Position numbers and translations under genes: made by a program. 64,000 bases of DNA from a virus (lineage: Duplodnaviria; Caudoviricetes), in the IMG/VR virus record IMGVR_UViG_3300010347_003561, positions 1 to 64,000 of that record, one strand, 5' to 3'. The notes under the pieces are model-generated. The model searched no databases. It was not told the origin of the DNA and worked only from the letters and a program-made list of their open reading frames with translations. Each line of letters starts with the position of its first letter. Position 1 is the stretch's first letter. This document shows positions 30,083-38,915 of this stretch, one piece after another.

Positions 30083-30091
30083 AGGAATAAC
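30083..30091 (-). promoter_or_regulatory. Putative late promoter GTTATTCCT heading the morphogenesis arm
   Basis: 9-nt core of the 12-mer, a few nt before the AGGAGG RBS. Confidence 0.5.
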
Positions 30092-30123
30092 TTGCCGGCG
30101 TTTTTTCGGCGGTTTCGAATCTA

Positions 30124-30171
30124 TGCAGAAAAGGCATCTGTGCAGAAAAGACATCTGTGCAGAAAAGGTAT
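30124..30171. repeat. 17-bp tandem repeat TGCAGAAAAGRCATCTG (two full copies and one partial)
   Basis: Copies at 30124-30140, 30141-30157 and 30158-30171, at the strand-switch point. Confidence 0.9.
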
Positions 30172-30259
30172 AGGGGGGTGTATAAGTTGGCCCGGTACAA
30201 ATGGGTAGTGAGATTTTAGCCCCACCGGTTCCCGGGACACATAGAAAGGAGGCATGTGT

Positions 30260-33200
30260 ATGCTCGATCTTCTGATCCTTTTTGTCTTCGTCGTGTGCTT
30301 CGCGTTCAACTTCGTCGTGGTTGCACGCAAACTGTCCGTCGTGCACAAGCACGCTCAGCTTGAAGGGGGTGTAAGCATGGTAGCTACGATTCTTCTGCTC
30401 CTCGTTGGGTTGTTCTGTCCCCTGTCCTACGAGGGGTTCGCGCCGAAGTTCTGCGATCCACGCACGCCTGCACGTGGTGTGTGGCATCGTATCAGAGTCC
30501 ATCGCCGCAAGGTCCGCATGGCGGCGTACAAAGCGTACCGAAAGGTACTGCGGAGGTATGCGTTAAAGCGTGCCGTCAAGTTCGCAGTAGTATTGTCCGC
30601 AATCCTCGCCGCCTCATACGCCATAGGTATGCTGGCCATCGGCGGAGTATCCGTCGCCGTTCTCTTCTTCAACAAGAAGAAGATAGCCGAGAGCATGCAG
30701 GCGGAGTCGGAGACTGACCCTGTACTGGATTACGAGGAGCAAGTGAACGCCTGCCGAGGGGTAAAGAACAGGGCTCCGTTGACGGTCGGCATGTACAACA
30801 ACATCGTCGGCATGCTGATAGAACTGTCGGAAAAGGGCGGGCCTGCGGGTCGAGATCTCATACGCCGTTTCTGCCTTCTTAGAGATAAGGACGGCAACGA
30901 GGCGCTTGACAAATCGTCAAACGCTCAGACGCTCATAGAAATAGTTCAGGGGCTGGCGGAGATAATCAAGCCCAAGGACCCGCTAGGAAGAAACCTGAAC
31001 GGTGCAGATTCATGGGCGAAGCATCTCGCGTCAATCCGAGACTTCAACGATGATGGTCGCTTTACCGAAGACGAACTCAAGACCATCGAAGAAGTTGCTG
31101 CGGCGCTGAAACAGATGCGGTCGTTCGGATGCTCGGCGGAACTAGCAGACGACCAGCATAAGGGTGGAAGGTTGCGCTCTATTGCGCACATACTCTCGGT
31201 TGTGCAGAGGCTAAGGAGCGGCGCTGATCTACTGCCCGAGAGTGACACGCGCCAATCCTCCGACGCTGTCAAGTCCTGGGCGGCTGACAAAAAGTCCGCT
31301 GCGTCCAATGATCAGTCGGTCGGAGAGGTCAACAACGCCGTAAGAAACATCGTTAACAACTTCGCCGTTAAAGGGTTCGGCCCGGCGTTCGACAAACCAG
31401 ACCTGTCGAAGGGTGAAATCGGGTTCGACATTAACGAAATAGTCGATCCTACCGAAGCCCAGGAATTTGGCGCGGTGGACGATGAAGTGCTGGACCAGCC
31501 GTCCGCATACAGTACCTTTAACTACAAGTATGCGGTGTTGCCCATCACGACGGAAACCAACGGAAGAAAGAAAATCGTGGCGGCAATAATCCCCGCCGAC
31601 ATAGCCAGAAAACTCGCATTCGATCCGAAGGCTATGGAGGCTAAACTGGCGGACAAGGCAGGTCGTTTCGCCGATCTGGTGAAGGACGAGCTACTAACCG
31701 CCATAGAACCAGAGGATCTTAACATTTCCACCGAAAAGATCCTCGGGAAGTGCAGAGAAAGGCAGGCCAAGCTCTACACACAAAAGGGTGAAGGCGATCC
31801 GAAAGTAATTCGGATATTCAGCTTCGACGCCCTTGAAGGGCTTAACCTGTCGTCAACCAACAGCCCTCTGAAGACTTATGTCTTCAAGCACGAGGGCTAC
31901 CAATTCCACAAGGTCTCGATGCTCCTCAACCCATTCGTCTATGATACACAGGCGAAGAGGGTAATCGGGACGGCATTAAGAAAGTCAGTCATACTCGCCT
32001 TCACGGCTCTCAACAACATCGTTGTTAAGCCGTTGAGGATAGTGATAGATGGAGTCGAAGCCGACGAGATCCACGAGGGTATGCTTACCGCAGTTACAGC
32101 CTTCGTGGATAAAGACTGCGATATGTCGAGAATCCACCCGCATGCTTCACTCGTCGGGGACGGATTCTTGATAGCGAAGGCGCTCAAAGCCGGCATGAAG
32201 TATATGTTCGGCGGCGAGTGGAGATCCATTCCGAAGGGAGCAAAGCTCCAGAGTATAGCCAAAGACAAGGGAGTCGTCGTTGGCTACTTCGGAAAAATCC
32301 TTGCGGTTCTACCCGACGGTCGCGAGTTCGTCGTAGAGGCGATCGAGAACACGCAGGGTAAGCGAAAGAACAAAAGTGCCGTAATCGGCGGAGCCATGAT
32401 GAGACTCGATTCGTCGATCAACGGCACTTCCCACGTCATAGATCCCCGAAACCGCGGCACGGCGAAGCGGTTCTATGACGCCAACGTGGATTGTCTCACG
32501 GCCAAGTTGTTCCTATTCAACGACGACGGAAGCCGTGAAGAGATCGGTCAGGCCCTGCTTGGCCTGCAGAAGTTCTTTGTTGACCTCTCTCAGGATTATA
32601 GCCCGAGAGTAGATAGAGTGTCAACGAATTACTACCAGGCCAACCAGTTAGCTTGGATATTCAAGGCCTTCTTCTTCCTTTCGGAAACGCTCTTCCCGAG
32701 GAAGGCCGAATACGTCGAAGCCGGCAACAGGGCAGCTCACAACGTAAGAGAGTTGTTAAGGCTCTTCCTCGCAATAAAGTACGCAATGGACGACGTGCTT
32801 AAAGTAAAGCGGTCGGACAAGTACATCAAAGAGAGGAAAGAGAAGCTGGCATTCGCTGGTAGCATCGAGCTGGACGAACGCGAAATGATCGGCGTCGTAA
32901 AGCAATGCTCGGTCGTCAACAAGAAGACCGGCGAGACAATGGACATTATGAAGTTCCCCGTGGCAGTTCGCTACTGCCTGTCAAAAGGAATGGTAGATCT
33001 CGCGAGAGTCTTCGCCAACCTCGGAGAGGAAGCCCTCATGACCGCTAACGGTCTGAGCATAGCTTCTCCAAAGGGTTTTGCGGCGGTGAAAAAACTCGCG
33101 ACGCAGCCGATCGTACTAGCGATCCCGGGGTATTCGAGAAAGAGCATAACGCTCATGCTGAATTCCTGGGGTCGCGTGGAAACACACGAAGATAAGAAAG

Positions 33201-35284
33201 TGTGGGTCTATTCACGCGAAGTGAAGGACCTCAAGAGGCTGGTCGAATCACTTGCCTCCTTCGAGTACGGTTGGATCACCGACGATACGCACGTCGGTTT
33301 CTCCAAGATCTACCGTTTCAAGAGGGCCGCGGCGTTGCAGCTCGAGGCTGCCAGGGCGTTGTACAGATACACCAGGGCTGCCGGAATAGCCGCGAACGCT
33401 CCCAGATTCGACGGCTGGGCGGGACGCTTCGCAACCACAAGAGCCGACGGCTGCGTCCTGCCATACAATGCGTTCCTGAAAGGGCTCCGCAAAGAGTCCA
33501 TAAGGAAGCAGATGAACCTTGACGAAGACGACATCAAGTCCATCAACTTCTTCGTCAAGAACAACAAAAGCAAGCGGGTCGCGGCCGACAAGATCCTTGC
33601 GTACCTTAAGAAACACGGCAAGGACAGCGTCGTGCTCGTCAGGCACCCGCTTCTTGGATATATCCCCGGCCTCGAGTCGAAAGTGGTAATCTCCGGCCTC
33701 ACGGCCGAGGACGTCATCTACGTCAACGAGAAGATAGCGACACAGCTCGGTGGCGACGACGACGGGGATATAATCTACGTCATCCCCCTCGCGGTCGAGC
33801 ATTACATGAACGGTGGGAAACCGCCTGTTCATAAGAAGACCGTCGAGGAAATATCGGGGACCGAACACATCGCCGACGCAACGATCGACGTCAAGTTTGG
33901 CGGTCAGATCGAAGCGTTCGAGGGCAATGCTCAAGCAAGCGAGCCAGTCCCTCCGACGATGGTCGAGGAACCCGAAGAAGAGGAGCAGGCAGCCGAAACA
34001 CCGAAGGCTGCCGTTGCTCCTGAACCAGCAAAACCGGTTACGCCTGTGAAGGCAACACCGGAACAACCAGTGAAAGAAAAAGCGGTCGAGACGTCCGCGA
34101 CGGAACAGGAGAAGCCAGCGACGGCGTCGGTCCCTTCTGCGAACAACGTCCTCGAGAAGATCTTCGCCGAGATTAAGAGAATGGCTGGCGAGATTGAGGA
34201 GCTCAGGAGAGATAACGAACTCTTGAGAGCCAAGCTCGCTGCGACCACGGCGGCGAAGGTCGAGCCGAAGGTTGAAGCTCCGAAAGCGGAGGCGCCGAAG
34301 GCAGAACCGAAGGTAGAGGCTCCGAACAAGCCTATCATCTACGAGAAGGATATATTCCAGAGCAAGGCAGAGGCTCTCGTGAATCCTGTCAACCTCGTGG
34401 GCGTGATGGGTGCAGGGCTTGCCGCCAAGTTCCGCGCGAAGTATCCCGATATGTACGACGATTATCGGGGCAGATACCTCGCAGGAAGGCTGACGGAAGC
34501 CTACGCCTATAAAGCCGAAGACGGGAAGACGATAGTGAACTTCCCGACGAAGAAGAACTGGAAGGAGAAGTCCGACATCGACCTGATAAAGAAGAGTTTT
34601 CGCTGGTTGCTCGACAACTACAAGGCTCTCAACATCGGGTCGGTCTGCTTCCCGAAGGTCGGCTGCGGGCTAGGTGGCCTCGACTGGTCTGTCGTGAAGC
34701 CGTACATCGAAAAGTTCGCCTCTCTGGTGAACATACAGGTGTACGTAGTCGAGGACGAGAGCAAGCCTGAGAAGGTGAAAGGCGACAGAGACAAGGTCGT
34801 TGCCTTCACGGGCCATCGCCCCGACCGCATCGGCGGGTACGACGAGAACAACCCGAAGGCCCGCGACGTCAAGGCGAGACTTAGAAAGGCCGTGGATTAC
34901 TGTATAGCACACGGCAAGAAAGTCTTCGTCGTTGGCGGCGCGATCGGAGTCGATATGTGGGCCGGCGAGTTAATAGCCGAGTTAAAGAAAGCCGACCCGT
35001 CTATCAGGCTCGTGATCGCCGAGCCTTTCGCTGGCCACGACGCGAAGTGGAAGGACGAGCATAAGGTAAGATATGCCGCCCTGAAATCGGTCGCGGACAA
35101 AGTCGTCGTAGTCCACAGCGGCGGATACGATGCGTGGAAAATGAACAAGCGCAACGAGTATATGATCGACCGCGCTTCCACGCTTGTAGCCGTGTTCGAC
35201 GGGGATAAGTACGGTGGCACGTACAACGCCCTGTCGTATGCCCGTAAACGCGGCGGCGTAAACATACTGACTATCAAGTGCTAG
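30260..35284 (+). CDS. Single-chain two-barrel RNA polymerase-like protein with N-terminal hydrophobic segments and C-terminal macro and YspA/SLOG domains
   Basis: beta-like GAKLQSIAKDKGV and LPDG; beta'-like RHPLL and QLGGDDDGDIIYV; macro ALVNPVNLVGVMGAGLA...FPKVGCGLGGLDW; SLOG VAFTGHRP...GGAIGVD...RNEYMID...GGT. AGGAGG RBS. Confidence 0.8.
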   Translation: MLDLLILFVFVVCFAFNFVVVARKLSVVHKHAQLEGGVSMVATILLLLVGLFCPLSYEGFAPKFCDPRTPARGVWHRIRVHRRKVRMAAYKAYRKVLRRYALKRAVKFAVVLSAILAASYAIGMLAIGGVSVAVLFFNKKKIAESMQAESETDPVLDYEEQVNACRGVKNRAPLTVGMYNNIVGMLIELSEKGGPAGRDLIRRFCLLRDKDGNEALDKSSNAQTLIEIVQGLAEIIKPKDPLGRNLNGADSWAKHLASIRDFNDDGRFTEDELKTIEEVAAALKQMRSFGCSAELADDQHKGGRLRSIAHILSVVQRLRSGADLLPESDTRQSSDAVKSWAADKKSAASNDQSVGEVNNAVRNIVNNFAVKGFGPAFDKPDLSKGEIGFDINEIVDPTEAQEFGAVDDEVLDQPSAYSTFNYKYAVLPITTETNGRKKIVAAIIPADIARKLAFDPKAMEAKLADKAGRFADLVKDELLTAIEPEDLNISTEKILGKCRERQAKLYTQKGEGDPKVIRIFSFDALEGLNLSSTNSPLKTYVFKHEGYQFHKVSMLLNPFVYDTQAKRVIGTALRKSVILAFTALNNIVVKPLRIVIDGVEADEIHEGMLTAVTAFVDKDCDMSRIHPHASLVGDGFLIAKALKAGMKYMFGGEWRSIPKGAKLQSIAKDKGVVVGYFGKILAVLPDGREFVVEAIENTQGKRKNKSAVIGGAMMRLDSSINGTSHVIDPRNRGTAKRFYDANVDCLTAKLFLFNDDGSREEIGQALLGLQKFFVDLSQDYSPRVDRVSTNYYQANQLAWIFKAFFFLSETLFPRKAEYVEAGNRAAHNVRELLRLFLAIKYAMDDVLKVKRSDKYIKERKEKLAFAGSIELDEREMIGVVKQCSVVNKKTGETMDIMKFPVAVRYCLSKGMVDLARVFANLGEEALMTANGLSIASPKGFAAVKKLATQPIVLAIPGYSRKSITLMLNSWGRVETHEDKKVWVYSREVKDLKRLVESLASFEYGWITDDTHVGFSKIYRFKRAAALQLEAARALYRYTRAAGIAANAPRFDGWAGRFATTRADGCVLPYNAFLKGLRKESIRKQMNLDEDDIKSINFFVKNNKSKRVAADKILAYLKKHGKDSVVLVRHPLLGYIPGLESKVVISGLTAEDVIYVNEKIATQLGGDDDGDIIYVIPLAVEHYMNGGKPPVHKKTVEEISGTEHIADATIDVKFGGQIEAFEGNAQASEPVPPTMVEEPEEEEQAAETPKAAVAPEPAKPVTPVKATPEQPVKEKAVETSATEQEKPATASVPSANNVLEKIFAEIKRMAGEIEELRRDNELLRAKLAATTAAKVEPKVEAPKAEAPKAEPKVEAPNKPIIYEKDIFQSKAEALVNPVNLVGVMGAGLAAKFRAKYPDMYDDYRGRYLAGRLTEAYAYKAEDGKTIVNFPTKKNWKEKSDIDLIKKSFRWLLDNYKALNIGSVCFPKVGCGLGGLDWSVVKPYIEKFASLVNIQVYVVEDESKPEKVKGDRDKVVAFTGHRPDRIGGYDENNPKARDVKARLRKAVDYCIAHGKKVFVVGGAIGVDMWAGELIAELKKADPSIRLVIAEPFAGHDAKWKDEHKVRYAALKSVADKVVVVHSGGYDAWKMNKRNEYMIDRASTLVAVFDGDKYGGTYNALSYARKRGGVNILTIKC

Positions 35285-35443
35285 TGGCATAACCGCCGGC
35301 GCTTGATTAACCTTCAGCGCATCTCCCGAGCGCGGAAACCATGAAAGGACTAAGTAACGCTGCAGGAGCGCGCCGAGAGTGCATTCTTACTTTTACTCTT
35401 CGAATAGAACCATTCGTGCAGGTACCCTTCGATTAGAGCCGTG

Positions 35444-35509
35444 GTAGTGGAGTTGTACAATCTCACTTCTGCTTGTTCCTTAGAGCATGGAGTAGTGGGG
35501 TTGTATAAA
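35444..35509 (+). promoter_or_regulatory. Two copies of GTAGTGGRGTTGTA motif (candidate phage promoters)
   Basis: Copies at 35444 and 35492, each preceded by TTAGAGC; related copies at 35945 and 36698. Confidence 0.4.
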
Positions 35510-35548
35510 TTTCCGCTCGCGCGAAGCGAGCTGGTTGGAGGTAGAAAC

Positions 35549-35872
35549 ATGGAACAGGAACTTCTTGCCCTCATAAAAGCACTAACCGAGAAAGTCGATC
35601 TTCTCGGTCAGAAAGTCGAAAGCGTTCAGGAGGCGCAGATAAAGCGTGCCTCCGGAAAGCAACTTGGTTACATAGTTGACCTTGCCGCCAAGGCAGGTCT
35701 GGAAACATACTCTATCGAGGGCGTCACCATTCCCGTCAAAGCCCTCAAGGCAATCACCGCCGAAGCTGCTTCCGCGGCAATCAAGGCCCTCGGCGGCGAA
35801 GACAAGAAAGAAACGGCTGCCACACCCGCTGCCAAGCCCGCTACGGGCAAGGTAGTCGAGGTCGAGTTCTAG
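35549..35872 (+). CDS. Hypothetical protein
   Basis: GGAGG RBS; ASGKQLGYI...TAEAASAAIKAL helical motif. Confidence 0.6.
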   Translation: MEQELLALIKALTEKVDLLGQKVESVQEAQIKRASGKQLGYIVDLAAKAGLETYSIEGVTIPVKALKAITAEAASAAIKALGGEDKKETAATPAAKPATGKVVEVEF

Positions 35873-35876
35873 TCCT

Positions 35877-35918
35877 AGCTTCCCGATTCTCATCACACCG
35901 AGGATCGGGAAGTTTTTT
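35877..35918 (+). terminator. Intrinsic terminator
   Basis: CTTCCCGAT...ATCGGGAAG plus T6. Confidence 0.65.
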
Positions 35919-35983
35919 CAGCTACAAACGCAAAACAACTCGGAGTAGTGGAGTCGTAACAAAAAAGAAGAGGAGGCATTGAC

Positions 35984-36169
35984 ATGGATATCGAAGTTAA
36001 AAGCGTCGGCGTAGGCATCGCGGCCGGCGTAGTAATAGCTTTCGTCGTAGCTAAATTCTGGAAGGCAATCGTGCGAGGTACGACTAAAACCTTCCAGAAA
36101 ATAGTCAAAGAAGTAAAGGAAACGCCGGTCGAGACACCGCCGGCACAGGTAAAAGCGTCGAAGAGTTGA
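35984..36169 (+). CDS. Small single-pass membrane protein
   Basis: GAGGAGG RBS; VGVGIAAGVVIAFVVA. Confidence 0.6.
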   Translation: MDIEVKSVGVGIAAGVVIAFVVAKFWKAIVRGTTKTFQKIVKEVKETPVETPPAQVKASKS

Positions 36170-36299
36170 TAACATATCAAGTCGGCGAGAAATCGTCGGC
36201 TTGAATATGAGATCAGCACACACTTCACCCACATTCGGCGGCCAACCCCCGGCCGCCACACTTTTTAGAATAATACAATTCCATACAAGGAGGTGCGTT

Positions 36300-36626
36300 A
36301 TGAAGAAAATCGCACTCGTGCCACATGCACTAAATATATCAGTCGGCGGCGAAACAATCACCGTCGAGCCTAGCGGCGACGTAGCAAGGGTATCGGTAAA
36401 GCAGGAAGTCGTCGGCGAAATCGACGGCATTCCTGTCGTCAAGAACGTGTACGGGGAGGTAACTGGACTCCCCGAACCAACCGAAGACACAATCTACATC
36501 GTGTCTGGACTCGTGCTGTCGAGAACAAAAAGAAAGGACGTGTTCGCTCCTGACACAGGAGCGACGGCGATCCGCAACGACAAAGGGCAGATTGAGGCGG
36601 TGACTCGCCTCGTGGGCTGCGACTAA
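36300..36626 (+). CDS. Conserved phage hypothetical protein
   Basis: PH...PSG.VARV...GLPEP....YIVS...RND.GQI pattern recalled from phage proteins; AGGAGG RBS. Confidence 0.65.
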   Translation: MKKIALVPHALNISVGGETITVEPSGDVARVSVKQEVVGEIDGIPVVKNVYGEVTGLPEPTEDTIYIVSGLVLSRTKRKDVFAPDTGATAIRNDKGQIEAVTRLVGCD

Positions 36627-36762
36627 TAATGAGCCGGGGAAACCCGGCTCTTAATTTTGGAATAAACGCAAACCGCAGGTTGGCAAAAAACGTCGGGGTA
36701 GTGGTGTAGCAACAGGTTGAGCGAGAACCATAGTGGAATCCGACTCTAAAGGAGGCATACGA

Positions 36763-37077
36763 ATGGAACTACGCAAATCGCTAGAACTGAAATCTATACT
36801 CACTCCGCACGCGTGGGATCTCGCAATATGCAACTACGGCTACGCAGGGATAAAGGAAGACTATCCCGAAATATATAACGTAGCCGCCGAACTCGAGTAC
36901 GACGCCGCCTGGTTCGTAGGCGCAAAAACATTCAAAGTCTCCCCGAGCTACTACGGGAAGGGAGACGAAATGCAATTCTACAACGACGAAAAACTCGTCC
37001 ACGAAGTGAAAAACAGAAACGTAGTGTCCATACTTGCGAAACTCTCGATCGAGAAAGGCTTCACCGAGATAAAGTAG
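36763..37077 (+). CDS. Hypothetical protein
   Basis: AGGAGG RBS; hairpin downstream. Confidence 0.55.
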   Translation: MELRKSLELKSILTPHAWDLAICNYGYAGIKEDYPEIYNVAAELEYDAAWFVGAKTFKVSPSYYGKGDEMQFYNDEKLVHEVKNRNVVSILAKLSIEKGFTEIK

Positions 37078-37117
37078 GGTCGGGGCAACCCGACTATTCC
37101 TTCTAAGGAGGTATTAC

Positions 37118-37387
37118 ATGTTTCCGAAAACCACTTATTGCCTCGTCTCGACAGAGAGCGTCGGCGACATGAAAGACTTCACCGTGATCGCCGTCGATCC
37201 GAGCAAAGCCAGATTAGAAAGGCTGAAAACAGCCTTAGAGAGAAGGAAGTCGCCATATGACGACATAGTCTATGAGATACGAAAGACTCTCGTCTGCGAC
37301 TATATAGACTACGAATACTACCGTGCTATAACCAAAACATACTGCTTCGTGGATCTCCCCGAAGAGTACAAATGGAAAGGAGAGTAG
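37118..37387 (+). CDS. Hypothetical protein
   Basis: AGGAGG RBS. Confidence 0.55.
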   Translation: MFPKTTYCLVSTESVGDMKDFTVIAVDPSKARLERLKTALERRKSPYDDIVYEIRKTLVCDYIDYEYYRAITKTYCFVDLPEEYKWKGE

Positions 37388-37388
37388 A

Positions 37389-37688
37389 ATGGAATTCTAC
37401 CTTCGTAATATGGAAGGAGAGTACGAGGGCTGGGCAACCGGCCCCGATACCCTCGCCGATATCCTTGCCGGCTATTCCGGCAAACCAATCATAGTTCTCT
37501 CCGAGGACGAAAACGGTTACGTCGAAGTCCTCGACGGGAACGACGCCTGGGCCGGCATAAAATACGACGGCTCCCAATTCGAAGTGGAATGCGTCTCCGA
37601 TTCCAATACCAAGGACGACGTAAAACACTTCGAGAACTTCTTCGACGCTCACAACTATGCGTCGAATTTCATCAAACTTAATGAGTAG
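37389..37688 (+). CDS. Acidic hypothetical protein
   Basis: AAGGAG RBS; followed by a terminator. Confidence 0.55.
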   Translation: MEFYLRNMEGEYEGWATGPDTLADILAGYSGKPIIVLSEDENGYVEVLDGNDAWAGIKYDGSQFEVECVSDSNTKDDVKHFENFFDAHNYASNFIKLNE

Positions 37689-37715
37689 AGGCCGGGGATT
37701 CCCCGGTCTCTTTTT
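37688..37715 (+). terminator. Intrinsic terminator
   Basis: GAGGCCGGGG-ATT-CCCCGGTCTC plus T5. Confidence 0.75.
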
Positions 37716-37745
37716 ATCGCCGGATATACTCCGACGATATACTAT

Positions 37746-37761
37746 TCCCTATATATAGGGA
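37746..37761. repeat. Perfect 16-bp palindrome TCCCTATATATAGGGA (near-copy at 37831-37846)
   Basis: Read directly, in a ~500-bp gene-poor interval. Confidence 0.85.
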
Positions 37762-38233
37762 GAAGCTGAATCGTTTATATCCCAGCGCAAAATCCCCGCC
37801 GATTTCTTCCCTCTTAAGTGTCCTTTCTCCCCCTATATATAGAGAATCCTATACCTTATACGTCGAGGTGCCTTGTACTTCGACTCACTCGCGACGATCT
37901 TTCTTCGAATTCTCCGCAATTCGATTTTTTTCGTCGCTCTCTTTCGTATTATTTTATACGAACAATGTATCTGTAATCCGCCATACATGCGGGTTAGCTT
38001 CAAAGCTTTTATAATTCGAGAGTTATCAAACGAATTCGAAGGAAGTGAGGTGGTATAGGCTAGCGGGGCAGGTATATTCGAACGCAGCCGAAGCGTACCT
38101 TTAGCGAAGATAAAGCTTACGGGTACTAGGGACTATACGAAGTATATAGGTTTATATATTGCAGGCTACTTTCCGGCGATTTTAGGAGATGCGAAGGTTG
38201 CCGGCGATATTGCCCTTTGCATAAGGAGGCTAT

Positions 38234-38455
38234 ATGAGAAGGTCGATAGTTGAGACGGCGGCGAGTATATCGGCCGCCATAGTATTCGTCGTGCTGTGTT
38301 TTACCTTGCACGTCGAAGGATTTTATCCGTCGTTGGCACTTGCATTCTCTATATTTGCAATATCTATCGCCGTCTTCTTCCTCGTAAGGCACTCTTTCAG
38401 AGAGAGGAAGCGGCAGACATGCGAGGAAAAACAGGAGTGGCGAGACGCCGCATAG
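38234..38455 (+). CDS. Small two-TM membrane protein
   Basis: AGGAGG RBS; two hydrophobic stretches. Confidence 0.5.
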   Translation: MRRSIVETAASISAAIVFVVLCFTLHVEGFYPSLALAFSIFAISIAVFFLVRHSFRERKRQTCEEKQEWRDAA

Positions 38456-38915
38456 GAGGCAAAAGCGAGGGAAACAGCGCAATAGATACAGACGACTTCG
38501 TAATACCAGGCGCCTGATTCAAAAACCAAAATTATAACCGCTTTCGGGCGGTTATCCTTTTTTCACAACGCAAAAAAGGAGAGGAATAAACGTGAAAGAC
38601 GGAGGAATAGTGTTCTTCGGACTGGCAATTCAGATCGTAGTCTGGCTAGTCTTGTTCGCGCTGTGCGTAGCGGTACCGTTCATAGGAGTGCCGCTCATAA
38701 TCATCGCGCTGATTATAAACAAGACGATAGCCCAAAAATTGAAATGATCAGTGAAAGATGGCTCCTTCTCTCGAAGGGTCCTAAAACGCATATAAGAATC
38801 GGCGAAGTGGTGGAATTCGCAAAAGGAAAGAATTCCTTCGAAGTACCACTAGACTACGCCCGTTACCTCTCTTCCCTATCAAGGGAAGAACTTCTCGAAA
38901 TAAAGGAGCGATGGC

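Noticed and set aside
30068-30502. N-terminal extension of track ORF 29900-30502
   Set aside because: It crosses the tandem repeat and the RNAP start; the RBS and zinc-ribbon motif support a start at 30067.
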